Positions 36,968 through 45,718 of a DNA stretch of 61,947 bases are shown one piece after another. Under the pieces are notes generated by a model. The model was not told the DNA's origin. It saw nothing but the letters and a program-made list of their open reading frames with translations, and made no database searches. Both the position numbers and the translations under genes were made by a program. Each line of letters starts with the position of its first letter. Position 1 is the first letter of the stretch. The stretch is from Candidatus Limnocylindria bacterium (GTDB lineage Bacteria > Chloroflexota > Limnocylindria > P2-11E): assembly GCA_041493915.1 (NCBI GenBank), contig JBGPZT010000001.1, positions 1-61,947 of the forward strand, in the 5' to 3' direction.

Positions 36968-37135
36968 CTAACGCTTGCGCCGCTTGGCTTCCTTGCGCTT
37001 GCGACGTGCGGCGGGGCGCTCGTAGAACTCGCGGCGGCGGGCTTCCGCGAGGATCCCGGCTTGCTGGATCTTCTTGTTGAATCGGCGAAGAGCGGCCTCG
37101 AACGACTCGCCATCGCCAACGATCACTTCAGACAA
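36968..37135 (-). CDS. rpsU: 30S ribosomal protein S21
   Basis: The TTG start gives [55 protein letters not shown], colinear with bacterial bS21. A GTG alternative lies at 37150. Confidence 0.85.
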   Translation of the reverse strand: MSEVIVGDGESFEAALRRFNKKIQQAGILAEARRREFYERPAARRKRKEAKRRKR

Positions 37136-37268
37136 TGGTCCTTGGATCACCCGCCCTTCGGTCTTATGAGACTGCGCCGGAGACAGAATGCCGGCCCCCT
37201 CGAGAGGCCGACGAGGGTCATGATACCCGCCGGGCAGCCTCCGAAACCACGGTAAAGTTACGCGCTTT

Positions 37269-37604
37269 TCAGCCGGGCGGCCAGGCGAACTCCCGCCCGC
37301 CGAGCACGTGGAAGTGCAGGTGCAACACGTTCTGGCCGGCATCAGCTCCGTTGTTCACCACCAGCCGGAAGTTGTCGGCCACCCCGCCCAGGCGCGCCAC
37401 GCGCCGGACCGCCTGCAGGAGGCGCCCGCCAAGGGGCTCGTCGTCGAGGTCCGAGAGCTTTTCGACGTGCTTCCGCGGGACGACCAGGACGTGGAACGGA
37501 GCGCGGGGGAAGACGTCGTTGATGGCCATGACGTGGTCGTCCTCGTAGACGACCGTAGCGGGGATCTTCCCCGCCACGATGCGACAGAACAGGCAGTCGT
37601 CCAC
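37269..37604 (-). CDS. HIT-family nucleotide hydrolase (HinT-like)
   Basis: CLFCRIVAG...HVLVVPRKH...[13 protein letters not shown] is the histidine triad. Confidence 0.9.
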   Translation of the reverse strand: MDDCLFCRIVAGKIPATVVYEDDHVMAINDVFPRAPFHVLVVPRKHVEKLSDLDDEPLGGRLLQAVRRVARLGGVADNFRLVVNNGADAGQNVLHLHFHVLGGREFAWPPG

Positions 37605-37624
37605 GCAGCCAAGAGAATACCGGC

Positions 37625-38290
37625 GTGCAGGTAGCGGCGGTCATCGTGACCTACCTCCTGTCTTCGATCTCATTTCCGTACTGGATCGCGCGCGCGTTCG
37701 GCGTCGATCTGCGCGCGGTCGGAGAGCGCAAGCTCGGCGGCGGCAATCTCGCGAAGAGCGTCGGCCTTGCGCAGGGCATCGTGGGCGGGACGCTCGACGG
37801 CGCGAAGGGCTATCTCGCGGTGGCCGTCGCGCGGTCGCTCGGATTCGGGCTCGAGGTGCAGCTCGCGTGCGGCATCGCGGCGCTGGTCGGTCAGATGTGG
37901 CCGGTGTTCCACCAGTTCGACGGCGGCCGTGCGAACGCCACGGGCTGGGGCTTTGCGCTCGCGGCCGATCCGATCGCCGCGCTGATCATGGGGGCGCCGC
38001 TGTACCTCAGCTTGCTCGCCGTGCGCATCGTCCGTCCGCGGCCGACCCGGTTGTTCCCTGTCGCGAGCCTCCTGTCGTTCGCGATCTTCCCGGCCGTCAT
38101 CTGGGAGCAGGAGGGCACGACCCCGACGGTCATCGCCGGCCTCGTCGTGCTCGTGCTGATCCTCGCGCGCCGGATAACGGCTGGTCTCCGGAACGACCTC
38201 GCGACGGGCGCGCCACTTGCGCGAGTGCTCGCCAACCGAGCGATATATGACAGGAGCGAGCTCCAGGAGCGTGGCGTCGTCGCGATCTAG
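37625..38290 (+). CDS. PlsY-family membrane protein (divergent)
   Basis: Colinear with PlsY (YLLSSIS...DGAKGYLAV...GQMWPVFHQFDGGRANATGWG). Conserved motif residues are altered; see findings. Confidence 0.55.
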   Translation: MQVAAVIVTYLLSSISFPYWIARAFGVDLRAVGERKLGGGNLAKSVGLAQGIVGGTLDGAKGYLAVAVARSLGFGLEVQLACGIAALVGQMWPVFHQFDGGRANATGWGFALAADPIAALIMGAPLYLSLLAVRIVRPRPTRLFPVASLLSFAIFPAVIWEQEGTTPTVIAGLVVLVLILARRITAGLRNDLATGAPLARVLANRAIYDRSELQERGVVAI

Positions 38291-38305
38291 GGCCGGTCGC
38301 GCCGG

Positions 38306-39013
38306 CTAACTGAGGCTATCCATCACCAGCGCGACAGCCGCGATCGCCGCAGTCTCGCTTCGCAGGTTGCGACCACCGAGCGAGACGGTGATGGCTCCGT
38401 GCTTGCGGGCGACGGCGACCTCGTCGTCGGCGATCCCGCCCTCCGGTCCGATCACGAGCGACAGCGCGCGCGCCGTCTCTGGCAGCGCGTCACGAAGCCG
38501 CGCACGGCGCTCGCCTTCCCAGGCGACGAACACCGGCCGTGGGAGGACGGCGAACAGGTCGGCCCAGGCGCGCGCCGGTTCGATCGACGGGACACGCCCG
38601 CGTCGCGCCGTCTCGGCCGCCTCGCGCGCGATGCGCTCCCAGCGTGAACGCTTGGCCTCGCTGAGGCTCCGCACGACCGAGCGGGCGCTGGTGAACGGCA
38701 CGATCCGGGATGCGCCGAGCTGCGTCACCGCCTCGACGACCTCCTCGTCGTGATCACCGCGCAAGACGGCTAGCGCGAGTGTCAGCACGACCGTGGGCTC
38801 GGCCACCGTGAAGCCACGCTCGCGCACGACGGCGCTGACCGATGTGGGCCGCACGGCCTCGAGCACCACGACGGCTTCGGCGCCGTCGGCCACGAGGGCG
38901 ATCTCGTCGCCCACGCGGAGCCGCAGCACGGTCGCGATCTGACGGGCCTGCGCGCCGGTGAGCGTGACCCGATCCGCGCGCAGCGTCTCCGCATCGACGA
39001 AGAAGCGATGCAT
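38306..39013 (-). CDS. rsmE: 16S rRNA (uracil1498-N3)-methyltransferase
   Basis: MHRFFV... PUA-like N-terminus and the SPOUT motif LVIGPEGG...NLRSETAAIAA. Begins at Met146 of the track ORF. TGATG junction with prmA. Confidence 0.85.
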   Translation of the reverse strand: MHRFFVDAETLRADRVTLTGAQARQIATVLRLRVGDEIALVADGAEAVVVLEAVRPTSVSAVVRERGFTVAEPTVVLTLALAVLRGDHDEEVVEAVTQLGASRIVPFTSARSVVRSLSEAKRSRWERIAREAAETARRGRVPSIEPARAWADLFAVLPRPVFVAWEGERRARLRDALPETARALSLVIGPEGGIADDEVAVARKHGAITVSLGGRNLRSETAAIAAVALVMDSLS

Positions 39014-39885
39014 CAGCGACGGAGCGCGAGCGCGACCCAGTCGTCGCGTTCGGTGCGGTCGAGGAGCGCGAGACGCACGTGCGCGAAAGCCTCGCGCGTT
39101 GCCGCCTCTGCGGGGGCGTTGATGCCAGCGACGAGCAGCGTGCCGCCGCCCACCAGGCGCGCCGCCAGATGCGGCGCGATCCGCTGAAGCACGGGGGAGA
39201 CGATGTTCGCGATGACCACGTCGAAACGGCCGGGCACGTCCGCAGCGCTTCCCGCTGCGACCGGGATCGCGACCCCGTTGCGCACCGCGTTCTCGCGCGC
39301 GGCGTCGACGGCGAGTACGTCGGTGTCGACCGCGACGACGGGCGACGCGCCGCGCTTTGCAGCGGCGATCGCGAGGATGCCCGAGCCCGTTCCGACGTCG
39401 AGCACGCTCTTGCCCTCGAGCGACAGGGTCGAGAGCGCCTCGAGGCACTGCTGCGTCGTCGGATGCAGCCCCGTGCCGAAGGCCATGCCCGGATCGAGCA
39501 CGAGCTCGACGGCGTCACCGGCAACAGCGTCGGACCATGTCGGCCGCACGAGGAATGCGCCGATGCGGATGGGCACGAACTCCGCCTTCCAGCTCTCGAG
39601 CCAGTCCTTGTCGTCGATGCGCCGCGCGACAAGGTCGCCGATCGGTCCGAGCCCGAACGCCTGAAGGTGGCCAAGCGCATCCCGGACATCCGACACCTTG
39701 GCGTAGGCGTCGGCGTCCAGGGTGACGTACGCCTTCACGGTGTGGTCGGCGCCGCGCCCGCGCTCGAGCGGGACCTCAACGGCGATGCCGTTGTAGCCGA
39801 TCCGCGACAGGATCTCGCTCACTGCTTCGACGGCTTCGGCGTGCGCGGGGACGGCGATCTCGAGCCAGGCGACAGGCGGCGTCAC
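39013..39885 (-). CDS. prmA: ribosomal protein L11 methyltransferase
   Basis: DPGMAFGTGLHPTT...VLDVGTGSGILAI. GTG is at residue 179 of the track ORF, overlapping the dnaJ stop (GTGA). Confidence 0.9.
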   Translation of the reverse strand: MTPPVAWLEIAVPAHAEAVEAVSEILSRIGYNGIAVEVPLERGRGADHTVKAYVTLDADAYAKVSDVRDALGHLQAFGLGPIGDLVARRIDDKDWLESWKAEFVPIRIGAFLVRPTWSDAVAGDAVELVLDPGMAFGTGLHPTTQQCLEALSTLSLEGKSVLDVGTGSGILAIAAAKRGASPVVAVDTDVLAVDAARENAVRNGVAIPVAAGSAADVPGRFDVVIANIVSPVLQRIAPHLAARLVGGGTLLVAGINAPAEAATREAFAHVRLALLDRTERDDWVALALRR

Positions 39886-40988
39886 TCGCCGCCCATGGCG
39901 TCCTTGATGCGGTCGAAGACGCTCCGCGCGTCGCCTTCGTCGTGCTGCTCGGGCGCGCCCTCGATGTCGTGCAGCTGCCGGTACAGCGCCTTCTGCTCCT
40001 TCGTGAGCGTCCGCGGGATCGCGACATCGAGATAGACGAGCTGATCGCCGCGGCCCGACGAGCCGAGGTGCGGCACGCCCTTCCCGCGCAGCCGGACCAT
40101 CTGGCCGTGCTGTGCGCCGCCCGGCACCTTCACCGCGGCGGTCGCGCCTTCGATCGTCGGGACCTCGAGGTCGGCGCCGAGCGCGGCCTGCGCCGGCGAG
40201 ACGCGCAGCACGTGCACCAGGTCGTCGCCCTCGCGACGGAAGAGGGTGTGTTCGCGCAGGCGGATGAGCACATAGAGATCGCCCGATGGGCCGCCGCGTA
40301 GGCCGGCCTCGCCTTCGCCGGCGACGCGCAACTGCTGTCCGTCGTCGATCCCCGCCGGGATGTCGAGCGGAAGCTCGTGGTCGCGACGCTCGCGGCCCTC
40401 GCCGCGGCAGCGCGTGCACAGAGCGTCGACGGTCTTTCCCGAGCCGCCGCAGCGCGGGCAGGTCGACACGTTCACGAAGCGGCCGAACACCGATTGCTGG
40501 ACCTGGCGCACCTCGCCGCGGCCGTTGCAGGTGCCGCAGGTCGAGATCTTCGAGCCGGGCTCCGCGCCGCTGCCCTCGCAGCGCTCGCAGGTCTCGAGCC
40601 GTGGTATGCGGATCGTCCGCGCGCCGCCCTTCACCGCATCGATGAGCTCGATCTCGATCTCCATCCGCAGGTCGGCGCCGCGCATCGGTCCACGCGGCTC
40701 GCGCCGGCGGAACTCGCTGCCGAAGAAGGTCTCGAAGAGATCGCCGATCCCAAAGTCGCCGAGGCCCTGACCATTTCCGAACATGTCATAGCGCTGGCGT
40801 CGCTCGGCGTCGGAGAGCACCTCGTAGGCCTCGGTGATCTGCTTGAAGCGCTCGGCCCCGTCGGGCGCTTCGCTGACGTCAGGGTGGTGCTGTCGCGCGA
40901 GCTTGCGGTAGGCGCTGCGGATCTCATCCGGCGTCGCGGTGCGCGGCACGCCGAGAAGCTCGTAGTAGTCGATGCGCGTCCCAGCCAT
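39882..40988 (-). CDS. dnaJ: chaperone DnaJ
   Basis: J-domain (DYYELLGV...HPD), G/F region, four CxxCxGxG zinc repeats, and a C-terminal domain. Confidence 0.95.
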   Translation of the reverse strand: MAGTRIDYYELLGVPRTATPDEIRSAYRKLARQHHPDVSEAPDGAERFKQITEAYEVLSDAERRQRYDMFGNGQGLGDFGIGDLFETFFGSEFRRREPRGPMRGADLRMEIEIELIDAVKGGARTIRIPRLETCERCEGSGAEPGSKISTCGTCNGRGEVRQVQQSVFGRFVNVSTCPRCGGSGKTVDALCTRCRGEGRERRDHELPLDIPAGIDDGQQLRVAGEGEAGLRGGPSGDLYVLIRLREHTLFRREGDDLVHVLRVSPAQAALGADLEVPTIEGATAAVKVPGGAQHGQMVRLRGKGVPHLGSSGRGDQLVYLDVAIPRTLTKEQKALYRQLHDIEGAPEQHDEGDARSVFDRIKDAMGGE

Positions 40989-41009
40989 CACCTGTCATTA
41001 TCCCGGCTC

Positions 41010-41516
41010 GTGGGTGACCTCTTCCGCTTCGCGACGCAGTTCCTGCACGTTTTCGCGGCCATCCTCTGGATCGGTGGCGGCTTCTACACGCTCCTCGTCC
41101 AGCTGCCGGCCCTCCTCGCGGCGCCAGCGCCGGCGCGCGGCCCCGTCACAGCGCAGCTGGCGCCACGGCAGATCTTCTACATCCTGCGCGTGGCGGAGCT
41201 CACGCTCGTGACCGGCGTGCTCAACCTCTTCGCGACCGGCCGCGCCCAACAGCTCAGCGAGCCGCTCGGGTCGCGCTGGAGCATCGTCCTGGGCCTCGGA
41301 ATCCTCCTCGCGATCGGCCTCTACGCCCTGATCCGGGCGACTGTCGTCCCGTGGACGCAGCGGATGCTCACGCTCGGCCCGAAAGCCGCTGCAGGCGACG
41401 CCGCGGCGGCGGCCGAAGCGGGCCAGATCATCGAACGTATCCGGATGATCGGACGCGTCCAGATCGTGATCGGCACGCTCATCATCCTCGCGATGGTCAC
41501 CGCCCGCCTCAGCTGA
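41010..41516 (+). CDS. hypothetical 4-TM membrane protein
   Basis: GTG is at residue 212 of the track ORF, and upstream of it the ORF is antisense to dnaJ. Hydrophobic segments FLHVFAAILWIGGGFY..., LTLVTGVLNLF..., IVLGLGILLAIGLY..., VIGTLIILAMV. Confidence 0.5.
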   Translation: MGDLFRFATQFLHVFAAILWIGGGFYTLLVQLPALLAAPAPARGPVTAQLAPRQIFYILRVAELTLVTGVLNLFATGRAQQLSEPLGSRWSIVLGLGILLAIGLYALIRATVVPWTQRMLTLGPKAAAGDAAAAAEAGQIIERIRMIGRVQIVIGTLIILAMVTARLS

Positions 41517-41519
41517 GCG

Positions 41520-42347
41520 GTGGCGCTGGTATTCGCGGCGATCGCGCCGCACGGCAGCCTGGCGATCGCGGAGTGGTGCAAGCCGGAGGAGCGCGCGCTC
41601 GCGGCGAAGACGCGCGCCGCGATGGAGGAGCTGGGTCGTCGCTTTGCCGTGACAACGCCCGACGTCACCGTCGTGCTCACGCCACACAACATCCACGTCG
41701 AGCGCGGCATGGCCGTCGTCCTCGCGGGCACGATGGCGGGAACACTCGAGAGCGGTGCGGCGCCCATCGTCATGCGGTGTCCGGTGGATCGCGACTTCGC
41801 GATCGCCGTCGCGGTCGCGGTCGGCGAGGCGGGCGTCCCGATCGCGGCCGTCAGCTACGGCGCGAACGACACCGCGGCGGCGGTGTTCCCGATGGACTGG
41901 GGCACGCAGGTGCCGCTGCACTTCATGGGTGGCCGCGATGACCCGCCGAAGCCGATAGTGATGATTGCGCCGGCACGCGACCTCCCGTGGGACGCGCATG
42001 TGACCGCCGGTCGCGCGATCGCGAAGGCCGCCGAGGCGTCTGGCAAACGCGTCGCGCTCATCGCGTCGTGCGACCACGGACACGCGCATGACCCGAAGGG
42101 ACTGTATGGCTTCAGCCCGGCATCGAAGCAGTTCGACGACCGCGTCGTGGAGCTCGTGAAGCGCGACGCGCTTGGTGAGCTGCTGCGCTTCGACAAAGCG
42201 TTCGTCGCCGAGGCGAAGGCCGACAGCTTCTGGCAGATGTTGTTGCTCCACGGCGCAATCGCCGACCGCTGGCGCGGCGACTTCCTCTCGTACGAGGCAC
42301 CGACCTACTTCGGGATGCTCTGCGCCGCATATTCGCCGAAGGACTAG
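41520..42347 (+). CDS. class III extradiol dioxygenase subunit-B-like (LigB superfamily) protein
   Basis: IAPHG...TPHNIH...DWGTQVPLHF...SCDHGHAH pattern. Lies 3 nt after the membrane gene. Confidence 0.55.
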   Translation: MALVFAAIAPHGSLAIAEWCKPEERALAAKTRAAMEELGRRFAVTTPDVTVVLTPHNIHVERGMAVVLAGTMAGTLESGAAPIVMRCPVDRDFAIAVAVAVGEAGVPIAAVSYGANDTAAAVFPMDWGTQVPLHFMGGRDDPPKPIVMIAPARDLPWDAHVTAGRAIAKAAEASGKRVALIASCDHGHAHDPKGLYGFSPASKQFDDRVVELVKRDALGELLRFDKAFVAEAKADSFWQMLLLHGAIADRWRGDFLSYEAPTYFGMLCAAYSPKD

Positions 42348-42386
42348 CCGTACAGTTGCCACGATGTCGTCGACCGGCGGTCCGTC

Positions 42387-42806
42387 ATGGTGACTCCGGC
42401 GTACCAGGAGCTGGCGCGTTGGCTCTTGGCGCGGGAGATGGACGCCGACCCCGACATGAGGACGCCGGTGGACGCGGCCCAGCGTGTCGCCGTGAAGCTG
42501 TCTGCCGGCATGACCCTGCTGGTCTCCTCGGACGGTTATCGCGCGCTCCTCGGGCGAGCGCTGCACCTCGCTCGGGCGGAGTATCCCGTCCTCGACGGGG
42601 TACGCGTGGGAACGTCCGATGTCTATCTCGAGGGTCTGCGCGAAACGGACGCAGCCTACGACGCGCTCGTGGTGTTACTCGCTCAGGTGATCGCGTTGCT
42701 CGCGAGGTTCATCGGCGATGATCTGACCGGGAACCTCATCCGCCAGCGTTGGCCGGACGCGCCGCTCGCGGCGCCAGGCCTCGAGCGTAGGGAGAAGCAC
42801 GCGTGA
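42387..42806 (+). CDS. hypothetical 139-aa protein, translationally coupled to kaiC
   Basis: GC3-biased frame. Its stop overlaps the kaiC GTG (GTGA). Predicted to be largely helical. No family recognised; it does not resemble KaiA or KaiB. Confidence 0.5.
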   Translation: MVTPAYQELARWLLAREMDADPDMRTPVDAAQRVAVKLSAGMTLLVSSDGYRALLGRALHLARAEYPVLDGVRVGTSDVYLEGLRETDAAYDALVVLLAQVIALLARFIGDDLTGNLIRQRWPDAPLAAPGLERREKHA

Positions 42807-44332
42807 ACGACAGGACGAGCCGACGAGTGGTCCCGATCAATCGCCTGGCCACCGGGGTGGCCGGGTTGGATGAAGTCCTGGGTGGCGGACTGCCGGAGTA
42901 CAGCCTGACCCTCATCGCCGGGGCCCCGGGGACCGGCAAGACCACCCTGGCGCAGCAGACCATGTTCGGCCTCGCCTCCGTGGAGCGGCCGGCCGTCCAT
43001 TTCACCGTGTTGGGCGAGCCGCTGCTCAAGATGCTGCGTTACCAGCAGCAGTTCACGTTCTTCGACCCCGACAAGATCGACCGCGTCGTCCGGTTCGTGA
43101 ACCTGAGCGAGATCGCAATGGCGCAGAACCTCGACAAGGTGCTGGAGGCCATCGTCAGCGAGGTCGAGCGGACCAGTCCAGGCATCGTCGTCGTGGACTC
43201 CTTCCGCACGGTGATGCGAGCGGCCTCCGGCGAGCACGACATCTCGAGCTTCCTCCACCGGCTTGCGCTGCACCTCGCGACGTGGCAAGCCACGACGTTC
43301 CTGGTCGGCGAGTACGAAGCCCACGACGCGGCCAACGACCCGGTGTTCACGGTGTCCGACGGCATCATCTGGCTCCACCAGAGCGTCGACCGCAACTCCA
43401 TCGTGCGGAAGCTCCAGGTGGTGAAGATGCGCGGGCTGGCGCCGCTGCCGGGGCTGCACACGATGCGCGTCACCAATGACGGGATCCAAGTCTTCCCGCG
43501 CATCCTTAAACGCGCCGCACAGACCGGCCGCGCAACGCGCAAGCGGCGCCTTTCGATGGGCGTGCCCGAGCTGGACAAGATGCTCGGTGGGGGCATCCCG
43601 TCGTCAGGCTCGGTCCTCGTGGTCGGCCCCGCCGGCTCCGGCAAGACCGCCCTGGCGATGCAGTTCGTCGCCGCCGGCCTGAGCAACAAAGAGCCGGCGG
43701 TCATCGCGGTGTTCGAGGAGCATCCCAAGGAATACCTCGAACGCGCCAAGGCGCTCGGCCCGGACCTGGGGGCGATGATGACCGCGGGTCTGCTCGAGGT
43801 GATCTACCTTCGGCCCCTCGACCTTTCGGTGGACGAGGCGCTCCTGGAGATCCAGAGCGCCGTCGCGCGAGTGCGCGCGCAGCGGCTCGTCGTCGACTCA
43901 TTGGCGGGCTTCGAGCTCGCGCTGGCGCCCACGTTCCGCGAGGACTTCCGAGAGTCCCTTTACCGCATGGTGGGCTCGCTCACCGGTTCCGGCGTGACCG
44001 TGCTCATGACCGCCGAGGTGCCGAATTCGTTCACCGACCTCAACCTCAGCCCGAACCTGGTGTCCTTCCTGAGCGACAACATCATCCTGCAGCGGTACGT
44101 CGAGATCGATGCGCACCTCACGAAGGTGATGACAGTGGTGAAGATGCGGGGCAGCAAGCACAGCAATCAGCTGCGGGCGTACGAGGTCGGTGAGCACGGC
44201 CTCGTCATCGGCAGGGCACTGACCGATTACACCGACATCATCACCGGAGTCGCTCGGCGGCGGGACGACCACGCCGATCCGACGACGCGACCGAGCGGCG
44301 AAAGCGCGCGACCGAGCCGCAAAGGCGCGTGA
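42803..44332 (+). CDS. kaiC: KaiC-family double RecA-like ATPase
   Basis: Two tandem domains, each with G(L/M)D..LGGG(L/I)P and Walker A (GAPGTGKT; GPAGSGKT). Also VKMRG repeats. GGAGA lies 7 nt upstream of the GTG. Confidence 0.9.
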   Translation: MNDRTSRRVVPINRLATGVAGLDEVLGGGLPEYSLTLIAGAPGTGKTTLAQQTMFGLASVERPAVHFTVLGEPLLKMLRYQQQFTFFDPDKIDRVVRFVNLSEIAMAQNLDKVLEAIVSEVERTSPGIVVVDSFRTVMRAASGEHDISSFLHRLALHLATWQATTFLVGEYEAHDAANDPVFTVSDGIIWLHQSVDRNSIVRKLQVVKMRGLAPLPGLHTMRVTNDGIQVFPRILKRAAQTGRATRKRRLSMGVPELDKMLGGGIPSSGSVLVVGPAGSGKTALAMQFVAAGLSNKEPAVIAVFEEHPKEYLERAKALGPDLGAMMTAGLLEVIYLRPLDLSVDEALLEIQSAVARVRAQRLVVDSLAGFELALAPTFREDFRESLYRMVGSLTGSGVTVLMTAEVPNSFTDLNLSPNLVSFLSDNIILQRYVEIDAHLTKVMTVVKMRGSKHSNQLRAYEVGEHGLVIGRALTDYTDIITGVARRRDDHADPTTRPSGESARPSRKGA

Positions 44333-44359
44333 GCGCGCGCATCGATCAGGGAGCCGACG

Positions 44360-45646
44360 ATGGCGGGACGTAAGCGGGTCATCCCGACGCCCGCGCGGCG
44401 TGCGCCGCTGCCACGCGGTCAGGCCAAGCACGATGACCTACGAGAGGCGAACCGCCGGCTGCTGACGGCTGGTTTGGAGGCGAGCGCGCAGGCTGACGCT
44501 CAGACTTCACTCGCTTCGGCGCTGCGACTCCTGCTTGAGGGCCGTGACAAGCAGGAGCAAGGGCTCCAGGAGCAGTACCAGCTCCTGCGATCCATCACCG
44601 ACACCATCACATCGGCCCTGTTCCTCGTCGACAGCCGTGCTCATCCGATCTTCGTCAATCCCGCCGCGGAAGCGATGTTCGGCTACACGTTGGCGGAGAT
44701 CGCGCACGCCCCGCTTCACCTTGCGGTCCACCACCACCATCCCGATGGTCGCCCGTTCCCGATCGAGGACTGCGCCGTCGACACCGCAGTCACCATTCGC
44801 GCGCCGATGCGCGGTCACCGAGAGGTCTTCGTTCGCAAGGACGGGACGTTCCTCGAGGTGGCATGCGACATCGGCCTGCTGGAAGTTGGTGGGCAGCGCC
44901 TCGGCGCGGTCCTGGAGATCCGCGACCGCAGCCTCGAGGAGCGCGCAGCGGAGGCGAAGCGCGATTACGTCGCGCTCATCGCCCACGATCTGCGGAGCCC
45001 CTTGACCGCGGTGCAGGGGCAAGCGCAGGCGCTCCAGCGCCGATCGCAGCGGAAGGGTAATAGCGATAGCGCAGACGTCGTAAGCCTGGCGGCCATCGTT
45101 GCGAACACTCGGCGCATGAGCGCAATGATCGAAGACCTCCTCGAGTCGAGCCAGCTTGAGTCAGGCGCATTGCTGCTTCGTCGGACGTCGATCGACCTCT
45201 CGCGACTCGCCGCCGAGGTCGTCGCCCAGTTACCCACGGTGGAAGAGCGCCGGCGCATCCGGGTCCTCGCCCCAGCGCCTGGACCGCGCGTCTCCGCCGA
45301 CGCCATGCGGATCGAGCGTGCGCTGATGAACCTCCTCCAAAACGCCCTTAAGTACTCACCGGCGGACGCCCCCGTGGAACTTGACGTACGGCAGGCGGCC
45401 GACGAGGGCGTGGTCGATGTGATCGACCACGGCACGGGCATCCCGGTCGACGAGCTGCCAGGGCTGTTCCAGCGGTTCTCCCGCGTCGGGCGAGGTGGGG
45501 CTGATCCTGGTGGCTTCGGGCTCGGGCTGTATATCGCCCGGCTGATCGTGGAGGCCCACGGGGGTCGCGTGTGGGCCGAGAGCGAGGTCGGCACCGGCAG
45601 CAGGATCGGCTTCGCGTTGCCGTCGGACCGATCCAGCTCGCGCTAG
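44360..45646 (+). CDS. coiled-coil-PAS sensor histidine kinase
   Basis: PAS region (ITDTITSALFLVD...), HisKA (IAHDLRSPLTAV), and HATPase (DHGTGIP...GGFGLGLYIARLIVEAHGG). No TM segment. Confidence 0.9.
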   Translation: MAGRKRVIPTPARRAPLPRGQAKHDDLREANRRLLTAGLEASAQADAQTSLASALRLLLEGRDKQEQGLQEQYQLLRSITDTITSALFLVDSRAHPIFVNPAAEAMFGYTLAEIAHAPLHLAVHHHHPDGRPFPIEDCAVDTAVTIRAPMRGHREVFVRKDGTFLEVACDIGLLEVGGQRLGAVLEIRDRSLEERAAEAKRDYVALIAHDLRSPLTAVQGQAQALQRRSQRKGNSDSADVVSLAAIVANTRRMSAMIEDLLESSQLESGALLLRRTSIDLSRLAAEVVAQLPTVEERRRIRVLAPAPGPRVSADAMRIERALMNLLQNALKYSPADAPVELDVRQAADEGVVDVIDHGTGIPVDELPGLFQRFSRVGRGGADPGGFGLGLYIARLIVEAHGGRVWAESEVGTGSRIGFALPSDRSSSR

Positions 45647-45718
45647 GAGCACGGGAACCTTTCGCGAAGCACGTCGTCATACCGCCATCCGGCCAAGGCC
45701 GGGAAGGAGGACGACGTC

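Noticed and set aside
40998-42566. A 522-aa minus-strand ORF opposite the membrane, LigB-like and 139-aa genes. Similar long ORFs lie at 2568-4073, 7711-8808, 13747-15222 and 53954-54654.
   Set aside because: They have the same Arg-rich composition and lack motifs. The plus-strand frames show normal protein composition and recognisable families.
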